Source: Schmidtea nova (lineage: Eukaryota). Taken from it: a stretch of 64,000 nucleotides of DNA. The stretch spans positions 154,380,001 to 154,444,000 of the forward strand of contig CM097883.1 of the NCBI GenBank assembly GCA_044892505.1, written 5' to 3'. Position numbers and translations under genes: made by a program. The notes beneath the pieces were generated by a model that saw nothing but the letters and a program-made list of their open reading frames with translations, ran no database searches and was not told the origin of the DNA. This document shows positions 48,945-61,200 of the stretch, one piece after another. The stretch's first letter is position 1. Every line of letters starts with the position of its first letter.

Positions 48945-49616
48945 TGTTGGGTTGTTGGTGAAATTTGAAATTTAACAATTAATTCTCTGACTCCAAAGCG
49001 TGCTTTATCTGATCCACAAAACAACAATTTTCAGACAATAAAAACCTTTATTGATTATCACAGCTGATTACATAATTTACAATGACATAACCAGTTCAAC
49101 ACCGAAATAGGAAATATATAAGGGCTTATTACAACACTTTGCGAGGAATAGCCTTAATGTATAATACCTAGATAACAATCACTGACCACTTATTTAGAGT
49201 TATTTATTAGCAATCGATTTCGGTTGTTCTAGTGCTTTGACTTGATACTTTATTCCATTTACGCTGATTCTTTACTAATTCTCGTTTGCTTCGTTCACTT
49301 TATCTAAACTTCTAATTTTGGAATTCCTTTCTGTTTTTGTACTTGTTAATTATAAATGACCTCTTTCTGCTTTGTTGTTTGCTTTATTTTATTTTGTTAA
49401 ATTTTCCTCATTTATCAATTTTTTTCTCTTTTTTCTTCTTCTCCGATTTCCAGAAGATTGTCTCATTTATCCTACCGGTCCCCCCAACTATTTTATTTAC
49501 TTGTGATGTTATTTAATTTTATTATTTAGGTATCATGAACAATATAATAAAATCATCATAAAATTAATTATTACTTATGTTAATTATGAAAATTAATAAC
49601 CAAAATTAATCAAACA
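48945..49616 (-). repeat. Family-A-like LTR
   Basis: TGTTGGG start plus CTGACTCC..GCGTG and GGTCCCCCAA blocks. Confidence 0.45.
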
Positions 49617-51181
49617 ACGACTTGTTTAAAATATCTTCTCACAAAAAAAGAAATAAATAAAACTTAAAAGTTTATTTTCCGATGAATTTAGAAGCTTTTC
49701 TATTTAGGGAAGGATACTGACTGGCAATTCATTTATTACATTTTTTAACTCAAAAATTCGTTAACGTTATTTTTCAAAATCTACTTTTTTGGTTAATTAT
49801 TTCCGCTGCAAATAGTTAATTCACATTTCATTAGTGAAACAATTTTCTCCAACGGAATTCAAGTCAGATAGGAGGGTGCACCGGTACAAATATTTCTCAC
49901 TATTTCTCACTATTTTATGTTCATTTTAAATAATATTATTATTAAACTGAGAAATTTTCGAATTATAATGCCTCAGAAGTTAGTGAGCCTGATGAAAAAA
50001 AGTGAATGTTAATTTTTAAATTTTATAAAGAAAATAAATTTTATGTATTTTACTTTAGTTATTTATGTTTTTATTTCTTGACCAGTTGCATTGCGTTACT
50101 TTGTAAATATAGATAATGTTGCCTTTATAACCCATGTAGATTTGATTCTTTTGTCTCAACATTTTCTTAAGTTTCCTAAACATCTCTTTTCAATGAAAAT
50201 TTAGGATCATGTAAAAACTAGGCCCCTTCGGGGCCTANNNNNNNNNNNNNNNNNNNNNNNNNNNNNNNNNNNNNNNNNNNNNNNNNNNNNNNNNNNNNNN
50301 NNNNNNNNNNNNNNNNNNNNNNNNNNNNNNNNNNNNNNNNNNNNNNNNNNNNNNNNNNNNNNNNNNNNNNNNNNNNNNNNNNNNNNNNNNNNNNNNNNNN
50401 NNNNNNNNNNNNNNNNNNNNNNNNNNNNNNNNNNNNNNNNNNNNNNNNNNNNNNNNNNNNNNNNNNNNNNNNNNNNNNNNNNNNNNNNNNNNNNNNNNNN
50501 NNNNNNNNNNNNNNNNNNNNNNNNNNNNNNNNNNNNNNNNNNNNNNNNNNNNNNNNNNNNNNNNNNNNNNNNNNNNNNNNNNNNNNNNNNNNNNNNNNNN
50601 NNNNNNNNNNNNNNNNNNNNNNNNNNNNNNNNNNNNNNNNNNNNNNNNNNNNNNNNNNNNNNNNNNNNNNNNNNNNNNNNNNNNNNNNNNNNNNNNNNNN
50701 NNNNNNNNNNNNNNNNNNNNNNNNNNNNNNNNNNNNNNNNNNNNNNNNNNNNNNNNNNNNNNNNNNNNNNNNNNNNNNNNNNNNNNNNNNNNNNNNNNNN
50801 NNNNNNNNNNNNNNNNNNNNNNNNNNNNNNNNNNNNNNNNNNNNNNNNNNNNNNNNNNNNNNNNNNNNNNNNNNNNNNNNNNNNNNNNNNNNNNNNNNNN
50901 NNNNNNNNNNNNNNNNNNNNNNNNNNNNNNNNNNNNNNNNNNNNNNNNNNNNNNNACATGATCCAAAACTTGTGACTACTTCAATGATATATGGTAGACC
51001 TTGAAACCCTTAGCATTTCGGAAATCTGGATAATTTTATATCGACTATAAAAAATCCTGACTGTTTAAAATTGACTTGTAATTTTGATTAGTAATTTTAA
51101 AAATTTACTTAAATAATAATTGATTTCAATAAAAATTAATTTATAATAATTAAATATTTTTTAATAAAATATCAAACTAAC

Positions 51182-51317
51182 ATTTGGAGATTTTTCAATT
51201 GAGTTTGCGTTTGAACAGATTTTGATACAGTTATCCCTCTGGCTGTCATCCATTGTGGAGCGCAAAACTTTCACATTGTCCGGAATTGAATACATTGACA
51301 TTCTTCTTTGTAAAGTT
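51182..51317 (-). CDS. Exon 4 of the TAL gene (linker + N-terminal half of the DLC domain)
   Basis: Acceptor TTTCAG|. Reads TLQRRMSMYSIPDNVKVLRSTMDDSQRDNCIKICSNANSIEKSPN. Donor GTTAGT; phases 2 to 0 fit the neighbouring exons. Confidence 0.88.
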
Positions 51318-52566
51318 CTGAAAGATATTTCTGTGGATTATTGTTGTTGCATTTTTTTTAATAAATAGTAAAATCTCAGTTTTCCATATCTAAAGAATGT
51401 TCGAAGACTTGGAATAGTAATTTCTTGAAAGAGTAAAATTGCTGGATTTCCAATGACTTCGAATGAGTTGGAACTCTAATCTTGCTACGAGCGACAATTA
51501 AGCTCTGTCATGCACTTTTCTATTGACCATAACTGAGAAATTTTACTAAGTTTTTTCTTTGCTTTTATAAACTATATTCAAATTTATCATTTTAATTTTG
51601 CAAACCAGATAAATTATTTTATCCCAATTTTTGTGATATCTCTAAATAAATAAATATTCATTATTGCAACTCTACGGCAGCTTGGCGGGCTTCTATTGTG
51701 CCTATAATGCGCGACGATTTTATGAAAAAGTTAAATGATTATTGTCACCAAAAAAGTTTAATAAATTTATTATTTGGTCTGCATTTTACAATTATTTATC
51801 CTGGGATTCCTCATCTATTTAAAATTATTGGTTTTGTCTTTATCTAACCGTTTGTGGCCTGCTTTTAACTTTCAATTGCCCTCCCGAGAAATATGAATTT
51901 TGAAATTTTTTAATTATCTAATTAAATCTTTCTGTAAAATTTTTAATTTTAATTAATTTTGCAATTGGATTTATAATTACTTTTATAATTTATTTCATTT
52001 CACTTTCATTTCTAACATAAATTTGCACAGTGACAAATAATTTAAAAATCTGTAAACGCATGAAAAAAATGTACAAAACATTGAAAGGGGTCTGGAGAGC
52101 GACAAAAGAACAATATAAAATGTTATACCTTTAAATTTAAAGGTTATAATTTCAGAAAGAAAATGACTAGTATAATATCAAAAGTTTTGCGCCAAAAAAT
52201 CCTAAAAAATATAAAAGATAAAAAAATTTAAATTTAATATAAGTAAATCAGATGTTTTTAATATAAAAAAATTGTGCGCAATTATTTTAGAATTGATACT
52301 AAAAGAGAAAACTGAGAGTGCTCCTTGTAATCACATTGCACTTATTAAACTATGAAGTCATTAGTAAAATTTTATAATTAAATTTAATCCAATATAAAAA
52401 TTCAGGATCCATCAATTTGAAAAGTTCAATTTCAAACTCTCATTTAAACAAATATTTTAAGAATCAACAAAAATAATTTTAAAAGTTCTTTTTTTGTTTA
52501 ATATTCACAGTACCTTTTTATTTTAAATAATTATTAATTAAAAAATTACAAATAAAAGACACGTAC

Positions 52567-52655
52567 GCCCGTTTGTATTCGATGCCCAAAACTTTGCAGT
52601 ACTCCTCCAACGTTATGGTACCACTGTTATCAATATCGAAAATTTTCAACCATTT
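52567..52655 (-). CDS. Exon 3 of the TAL gene (second EF-hand)
   Basis: Acceptor TTGTAG|. Reads KWLKIFDIDNSGTITLEEYCKVLGIEYKR. Donor GTACGT. Confidence 0.92.
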
Positions 52656-53089
52656 CTACAAAAAGAATGAATTAATATTTTTAAAAATATTCTGCAATAA
52701 TCATTGCACCATTCGCCGATTTAAAAAATAATTATAGTCTCCAAAGTATTTCTTTAAGGACGTCTAATTTTCAATTTCCATCATATTTATTATAATTTGT
52801 ATGATTTTTACCCTTTAAATCTATAGGAAAAAATACTATTTATTTCCAATTACTTTATCAGATGAGTGTCCTTTTTTCTTGGACCGGTTTTTAATTCATT
52901 GCATGGATCAGCGTCTTTAAGATTGATATAGCCTCTTTAAATTATATATTTTTAGAAGGGTACTCGTTCGCCTGTATTTGTTTTCTATTTTTGTATTTGT
53001 ATCAATATTTCTTAAATTGTATTTATTTAAGGTTACTGCTAAAATAGGGAACGAACAAATGCATTTTCGGCATTTTCGGCATTTTCGGC

Positions 53090-54290
53090 ATTTAATGCTT
53101 TTTTAATTCCCAAGGGCAAGAATCAGTTCAAGCTGCGAAAAGACATGTGGTATATATAGAAACAATACTGTGAGTAAACGAACAGTGAATGGTTTATAAA
53201 ATTTAAACAGGGTGAATTTATTCTTGAAGATCAGTATAGCGAAAACGATCGAGGGCTCATTCCAGTAAACCGCCATTAACATCCCCATAAATCAGGGGTA
53301 TCAAACTCAAAGTCTAACTTGGGACGAAAAGCATAACCCCAGGGTCCACAATACTTAAAATCTTTATACAATGATTAAAACACATAAATCAAGTAGTAAA
53401 GAAAGGAAAACTTAAAACTTTTTTAACACTATTCTTCTAAACTTTAGAAGAATAGTGTTAAAAAATGCCAACGAAGGTCGAACTCCTTTGGTACTGCATT
53501 AGTCTTCTGACCTATAAGGCACTGGATTTTACCTCTCCCTTCAGTGAAAAAATACAAATTACCCACTTCTCTTAGAAAATTCTTCTTTCATCAACAAGTT
53601 GTCTTTTTTAGGGAATGAAGTCATTTTGTAATGGGTTAATTTTTAAATATGCAAATTATTATTAACAAATAAACTGTTTTCAATAATTTTATTAGAATTA
53701 CATAGTGAAACTTTTATTCAGTTGTAAGAAGACGCAATCGTTCAAATAAAAAAAATTAAAGAAATTTCTAAATTTTAAAGATAATCATGATTTTAATTGT
53801 TATATAAGTTTGGTTAAATTATAAAATCAAAAGTCTTCGTTTCGGGCTGCAGAAGACAACGAAGCGGGCCGCGTGTTTGAGATTGGTAGGATTGGAAGGG
53901 CATTGTTTATTATGAGCTGTTTTAACGTAACTAAACAATCAACTCTGAAAGAAATTGTAATCAGACGAATAATTGATAGAATTAATTGAACAGAAATGCC
54001 TTAAATTAGCCAATCGTAAAAGAGTGGTCTTACAACAGGATAACACTGGACCACCACATCATTGGTACCAGGCCAAAATTATTAGAGCTTGGTTGAAATA
54101 TCGTGACTCATCAATCGTATAGAACTTACTTACCATCTGTTTCGCTCTTTACCAAATTCGTTCAATGGAAAATCATTCGATTCTCTGGAAGACTGCAGAC
54201 AGAACATCGAGAAGTTTTTTTAACACTTACCCAGGAAATTTCTGAGAGTGGGATAATGAAACTTCCAGAAAGATAGCAAAACTTTATTAT
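53090..54290 (+). mobile_element. Degenerate mariner split by a hAT MITE
   Basis: HTH remnant (VSKRTV..WFIKFKQGEF) at ~53150-53240 and C-terminal remnant (QQDNT.P.H; EDCRQNIEKFF) at ~54030-54270. Confidence 0.65.
53293..53882. mobile_element. hAT MITE
   Basis: Left end CAGGGGTATCAAACTC; right end GCGGGCCGCGTGTTTGAGA. Confidence 0.65.
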
Positions 54291-55866
54291 TATATTATTT
54301 AATATATTTTAAATATATATATAAACAATGAAAATCTTTTAAACTTTTTTCAAAAACATTTACTTAAACATTTTTAACCAATAAGAAGTTGAGATTAACT
54401 GATAAAATAAAACTTCAAATAACTCAGCTGATAACTGAAATTAATTATTTGAAAAAAAATAATTGAAATAATAACTTTAAATCTAAAAATAAACTATTTT
54501 CATTTACTTTCAACTTCTTGAAATAGAATATAAATGAATCTTTTTCTATCTCGCCAAGAGCGTCTGGCTAATTATAGAAAAAAGTAAATCTTTTCCATAA
54601 TAAATATTTAGATTTGCATTTTCAGGAAATAATAATAAATAATAGAAATGACAATAACAATANNNNNNNNNNNNNNNNNNNNNNNNNNNNNNNNNNNNNN
54701 NNNNNNNNNNNNNNNNNNNNNNNNNNNNNNNNNNNNNNNNNNNNNNNNNNNNNNNNNNNNNNNNNNNNNNNNNNNNNNNNNNNNNNNNNNNNNNNNNNNN
54801 NNNNNNNNNNNNNNNNNNNNNNNNNNNNNNNNNNNNNNNNNNNNNNNNNNNNNNNNNNNNNNNNNNNNNNNNNNNNNNNNNNNNNNNNNNNNNNNNNNNN
54901 NNNNNNNNNNNNNNNNNNNNNNNNNNNNNNNNNNNNNNNNNNNNNNNNNNNNNNNNNNNNNNNNNNNNNNNATAAAGTAAAAATTATTATTATTAAAAAC
55001 AAACGCCAATCCACAATTATATTTCGTACAATATATTTCAAGTAACTCATTCTCATCATCAGATGCTTTTCAGTCAAACATTCCAATTTAAATCAAATAA
55101 ATCAAATTAAAACAAATTAATCATAATCTTTTTTTAAAAATGTTATATAAAATTTTAATAAATTATCAATTCTTTTAAAACGATAAAATTATTTTATAAT
55201 TCAAAAAAATAATTTTTAAAAACTATATTATTTATCAAAAAAATATTTTTCCCAAGAAAAAAAATTGAAGTAAACACACGCACTAAAAATTCTCACTCTC
55301 ATATTCATAAACATCAATATGATTGAAAGCGACGTTCATTCCCATTAATTGACTATATTCTGAAACTTTTATTAATCTAACTTCTGATTAATTTATTTAA
55401 ATATAAAAATAATTTTATCGCTTTAAAAGTATTAATTATTTATTAAAATTTTATATTACACTTTAAAAAAATTATGATTAATTTGTTTAAATTCGATTTA
55501 TTTGATTTATATTAGAATGTTTGACTGAAAAGTGCTTGATGAAGAGAAGGAGTTTCAGCGCCATATTTGCNNNNNNNNNNNNNNNNNNNNNNNNNNNNNN
55601 NNNNNNNNNNNNNNNNNNNNNNNNNNNNNNNNNNNNNNNNNNNNNNNNNNNNNNNNNNNNNNNNNNNNNNNNNNNNNNNNNNNNNNNNNNNNNNNNNNNN
55701 NNNNNNNNNNNNNNNNNNNNNNNNNNNNNNNNNNNNNNNNNNNNNNNNNNNNNNNNNNNNNNNNNNNNNNNNNNNNNNNNNNNNNNNNNNNNNNNNNNNN
55801 NNNNNNNNNNNNNNNNNNNNNNNTTTTATCCCTATTACTATTATAGCGGAAATATAGATTAATAAC

Positions 55867-55934
55867 TTTAATGAACTCTGGTCTGTAATTATTCTTATTC
55901 ATGTAATCTCTTAACTCTTCCGTCGAAATTTCCC
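55867..55934 (-). CDS. Exon 2 of the TAL gene (end of first EF-hand)
   Basis: Follows a 42-nt intron and reads GEISTEELRDYMNKNNYRPEFIK. Confidence 0.92.
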
Positions 55935-55976
55935 CTGAAAAAGATTAAAACCAAAATATTTGATAAATGGTTATAC

Positions 55977-56025
55977 CCGAAGAATCCGTATCAATTGCAA
56001 AAAAAGCCTCGATGAATGAATCCAT
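55977..56025 (-). CDS. Exon 1 of a tegument-allergen-like (TAL; 2 EF-hands + DLC) protein, 169 aa in total
   Basis: ATG at 56025 gives MDSFIEAFFAIDTDSS(G). All five exons splice with GT-AG and consistent phases into 510 nt. Confidence 0.92.
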
Positions 56026-57123
56026 ATAAATATTGTCAACAGTGGCTAAATGAACCTGAAAAATAAATATTATCAGAAAATATTTTATCAGAAAATGCAC
56101 AAAATATCCCATTCGCCCGAACGCCATAGTATTCGCATATTCAGTATAAATAGTAATATTATGTATAGTAGCTGCCAACAGCGCCTCAATGACACGACCC
56201 ATCTGTGTTGATAAATGGAAATGTGATATTACTGAATAAGTTCTTTGCAGAGTAAAATAATAATTAAGTTTTTCTCAATTTTTACAATTTTTTGAATCAA
56301 AAATAATTTTTTTTTTGATTTATTAATTTTTTTATAATCGATATTATATTACAGAAGTGCGCAAAATGTGGAATTCCTTTTGATAAAAGCCTTTACCTTG
56401 GTTGATGATATCCTTTTATTTTTTACAACTATTAAAAAAACGAATTTTTATTTCAGTTTAAATTATAATATTTATTTTGATTTTAAAAATTTGATTTTAT
56501 CTCTATTAAAGTGTACATATCTTGTTGAAATGGTCATGTAATTCAAGTACAATTATATCTATAATAAATTTAAAATGTTATAGATTGTTACAAAATTATT
56601 TTAAATTAAATTCAAATTCAAATTTATATTAAATTGTCTATAAATAAATATTAAATTAAATAACATTTGTTTAAATAAAACAAAAAAATAGAATGCCAAA
56701 AGCAATCGATAAAGCGTCAAGCATGCGAGGAGCCGAGCGACGATAAATATTGATTTCGAGACAATTCTACTAAGAAACCAATTTATAGAAGAACGAAAAT
56801 TATTCTACACACGAAAGAAGACATTTGTTGTGTAAAATATAAATTATGTTGTGCTTCGAATTCTCATTTATTTATACCATCATTTTATTTATACAACATT
56901 TCTTAAATTTATTATCTATGTGAAATCCTTCTACCAAATAAAAAATCAAAAGAAAATAGCAATAAATGAGCAATGAATGAACATATATTTTTATTAAAAA
57001 TTTAAACGAGGCTAATCCTAAAAATCTTTAATATTGCTCAGCACTTAATCTTATTTTTATTTCATTTTTTTCCAAAATGGAGAGAAAATTTATTAAGATT
57101 AATTTTTTTTTAATTTTTTTTTT

Positions 57124-58413
57124 CAAAAATTTTCCGGCCTACCCTACTTAACAAATTGATTTTTTAATGGAAATAGGTTTATTTTATTGGAAATTTATTG
57201 AAAATTTCATGTTGAAAATCTTATTGACCTAATCCATTTACTTTATCTGTTGCAGATGGAAATGTCGTTGCAAGTGCATTCGCTGGAAAAAATTGAGTAT
57301 CACAGTGCCATTCGCTTTTGTGTTCTTCTCGGCCAAACCAACCAGGAAATCATGGCAAATCTGAATCGAGCCTATGGCGAAAAGTGTCCCTCTCAGTCTA
57401 CCATCAAGTTTTGGATTGCTGAATTCAAACGGGGTCGGCAAAGTGTGTCAAATGAGGAACGAGAGGGTCTACCAACGACTTCGAGAAATGAAGATGTGAA
57501 GGAAAAATTGGAGAAAATGGTACTTGAAGATCACCGTATAACTACCAGGCAGCTGGAAGAATCCCTACAAATATCACACGGCACCGTAGTGCAATTATTG
57601 AAAGACCTTAACTTCAACAAGGTGGTGTCTCGCTTTGTGCCTCGCTTTTTGACAACTGAGATGTGCAATAACCGAAAGAATGCGTGTCTCAAGAACCTCG
57701 CCATTTACCGCAAGTATGGAGAAAGATTTATCCAAAACATCCTCATTGTTGATGAGACACCGTTGCCCCTACATCAGCCTGAATCAAAGCAGGAGTCTAT
57801 GGAATGGAGAAAGCCGGAAAAAGGAAAAGTTTGGAAGTCTCGTTCCGGAATGTCGCACAGACGGAAACTCATGTTGACTGTGTTTTGGAGTCATAAGGGA
57901 GTGATCCTCACTGACTTTCTTGAGAAGGGACGGACAATCAGCGGAGAATATTAAGGTAATCTCGTTGAGCAAGCTCGTAGAAAGAGCCGAAAACCATATG
58001 GTCTTTCTCACTGGTTTCAACATGACAATGCGCCAGTTCACACCAGCCGAATTGCCCAAGCAAAACTCAATGACTGTGGCTTCGAGATCATTTGCCACCC
58101 TCCATACAGACCTGATTTGGCTCCCTCAGATTACGGAAATTGAAGATTTACGGAATTGAAGAAGCAACTGCGGGGACAGTATTTCATGAATGCAGGCGAT
58201 TAAGAGGAGGCTGTAAATCGGATTTTTGACCAGCTTCCACCCTCATTTTACCATGGGGCATTCGGAGCCCTCCCTGGTCTGGCAGAAGTGTGTCGATGCC
58301 GGAGGTAATTGGTTCGAGAAGTATTGGTATTGGTGTTGATAAAAATATAGTTGTGGTTTCTTGCTTTTACTTTTTTCTGGGGTAGGCCGGAAACCTTTTG
58401 ACCGCACCATGTA
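57124..58413 (+). mobile_element. Mariner transposon, near full length, transposase inactivated by in-frame stops
   Basis: TIR core CAAAA..TTTCCGGCCTACCC / GGGTAGGCCGGAAACCTTTTG...TA. Motifs: HTH, FVPRFL, VDET, then past TAA 57952 HDNAPVH and PYRPDLAPSDY (DD34D type). Confidence 0.92.
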
Positions 58414-58414
58414 A

Positions 58415-58448
<34 letters not shown>

Positions 58449-59931
58449 ATCAGCGGCATTTTCTAGGGATGTTTTTTAGGATTTTTATTCTATTTCTAAA
58501 AATTTTATTATTGTACATAAGTAGGACGACATGAGCGAACTGGATCCGTATGAGTTATCGAGCGTTTTTTGGCGCCATTTTGATTTTTTTGTTTAAATGT
58601 TTGGATTTTCTATATATTTATTAATTAAATTATTATTTTTATTTAATTTTTTTTAATTACTTACTTATTTATTTTTTTGTTAGTATAATTTATTATTGTT
58701 ATTATTATAATTGAACACCTTCAAAGATAAATATTCAATGAAAACACTCATCAAAATATTATAAACATTCAACAAAATGAGACAATTCTGCACAACATAA
58801 AATTACATGGTGAAATACGATAAATTTGTTATTAATTTTAAATAAACGCATTTCAGCGCAAACATTAAGCAAATTTAATTAGTAAATTTTATAATAATTA
58901 AACTTAGTAATAATTTTAAATTAACTTTTTATAACAATTTTTAATTTTCGTATTTTAAGGAAAATAATTAATTTAAACAAGATTATTAATATTAATTAAA
59001 CTTTAAGTAATTATTTTAGGAAAATTTTTGAATTTCAGTTAAAACTAATAATTTAAATAATGTTTAGTAAAATTAGTAATAGCTTTTTAGTAAATATTTT
59101 TAAAACTTTTGTTATTATTTTAAATAAATGTATTTCAGCGCATATAATTAATTAAAACAAATTTAATTTGTAATAATAATAATTATTATTATCAATAATT
59201 CTCATAATGACTATAGATCAAAATTTTTTTTTTTATAAACAATAACACAATATTTCGGCACAGCCTTTATCAAGTGTGCCGAAATATTGTGTTATTGTTT
59301 ATAAAAAAAATTTTGATCTATAGTCATTATGAGAATTATTGATAATAATAATAAAAAAAGATCAAANNNNNNNNNNNNNNNNNNNNNNNNNNNNNNNNNN
59401 NNNNNNNNNNNNNNNNNNNNNNNNNNNNNNNNNNNNNNNNNNNNNNNNNNNNNNNNNNNNNNNNNNNNNNNNNNNNNNNNNNNNNNNNNNNNNNNNNNNN
59501 NNNNNNNNNNNNNNNNNNNNNNNNNNNNNNNNNNNNNNNNNNNNNNNNNNNNNNNNNNNNNNNNNNNNNNNNNNNNNNNNNNNNNNNNNNNNNNNNNNNN
59601 CAGGAGAAACCTTTGGAAATGGTAATTTATTTCTAATTTAAATTATTTCTAATTTTAGATAAAACCAGATGCTTGATGACAAAAAGAAGATAAAAATTTT
59701 ATTTGTTTTTTATTTTAAAATATATTAGGGTGGGTTCCGTTTTTACCCGTTATTTATTGAAGCATGCCAGTCGTTGTGGTGGGCGACCGTAATCCAACCA
59801 AATTGGAGGCGTCTGCCATGTTTGCTTATTTTTGACAACATTTTAATTAAATTCGGTCAAAGTGTTTATGACGATATCTTGCAGGCACATTCAAGGCGTT
59901 TGAAACATTACGTTGTGGATGATGTCTTGGT

Positions 59932-60082
59932 AGCTATAGATAGTGAATTATCCGAGATGATCGAGACATGATCGAGACATGATCGAGACATGATCGCTAT
60001 TATCCGAGTTGATCGCTATTATTATCCGAGACATGATCGAGACATGATTATTATCCGAGACATGATCGCTATAGATAGTGAA
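59932..60082 (+). repeat. GATCGAGACAT/TTATCCGAG minisatellite flanked by a 15-bp direct repeat GCTATAGATAGTGAA
   Basis: Read directly from the sequence. Confidence 0.85.
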
Positions 60083-60949
60083 CTATTCGCGCCCAGGTCC
60101 TATTGACCCCACTTTGGGGGAGGCACCAACAATCCTAGTGGAAAAGATCACTTGCCAGAATGTATTTTAGTCATAGGCATTTAATCACAGCTCTTTAGGA
60201 CTGGCAATATTAAAGCACATGTTCTTTATCTTGTCTCTTNNNNNNNNNNNNNNNNNNNNNNNNNNNNNNNNNNNNNNNNNNNNNNNNNNNNNNNNNNNNN
60301 NNNNNNNNNNNNNNNNNNNNNNNNNNNNNNNNNNNNNNNNNNNNNNNNNNNNNNNNNNNNNNNNNNNNNNNNNNNNNNNNNNNNNNNNNNNNNNNNNNNN
60401 NNNNNNTAATGATAGTAAAAGTAATAATAAAAATAATTATTAATTATAATTGTAATAAAAATAATTATAAAAAATAATATTTAATAAAATAATACTTATA
60501 AAATATTATTAGTAATAAAAAATAATACTAATAAAATATTAATAGTGAAAAAATATTAATATAAATTTGAAAACTTTTGTAAATTGCGCCAAAAATTATA
60601 TATTTACTTTGATTAAACAAAAATTCAAAACGGTGGTAAAATTTCAAAACTTGCGCCAAAAGATTTAAACAAAAAATGACCTTGACCTTTGACCCTGATT
60701 ACACAATGACCTTGAGCTCGAAACGACCTTAAAGTTTGATTTTAAAATGACCCTTAATCATGTAATCATGGCATCATAACTCGTGTGTTATGTAAAAGGC
60801 CGAAAAATATTACATAATAACGAGTGAACTATGGAACCACAAATAGTTATGTGATGATTACATTATCATGTACTTTATGTGAAGGCCGAGCGATTATGCA
60901 ATATACACAAAGGGGTAGTGGTTCAGTGCGCTCATGTCCTCCTACTTAC

Positions 60950-61200
60950 ACAAAATATTTTTTCGTTCATTATTAAAAATACATTATGTATCCATTACTG
61001 TATTTTACTTTGTGAACATTGCAATTTACTATGTGCCAGGTATTTTCGGAAACGAGAAATTAATTTTGTCAATGCCATCAATTACAGTCCCGGTAGAACG
61101 AAAAGTTTCAACATTGAAATGTTATTCACATAATACAATTTCACAAGAACGTCTTCACTGGTTAGCCTTGATGTTTATTGAAAAAAAGATTACTATTTGA
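60950..61200 (+). pseudogene. hAT transposase C-terminal dimerisation-domain remnant
   Basis: KLILSMPSITVPVERKVSTLK...TISQERLHWLALMFIE matches the LxIPxxxxxxERSFSxLK...QERLxxLA pattern. Confidence 0.75.

Noticed and set aside
56026-56202. In-frame N-terminal extension of the TAL gene (MGRVIEALL...)
   Set aside because: It runs through an intron-like AT tract ending TTTTCAG, and TAL proteins normally start at the MDxFIxAF motif.
59932-60082. CRISPR-like interpretation of short repeats here and at 40860-41150
   Set aside because: There are no unique spacers, the context is eukaryotic and no cas genes are present; these are simple minisatellites.
21031-60443. Many ORF-track entries made mostly of X
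   Set aside because: They are read-through of N gaps, not genes.
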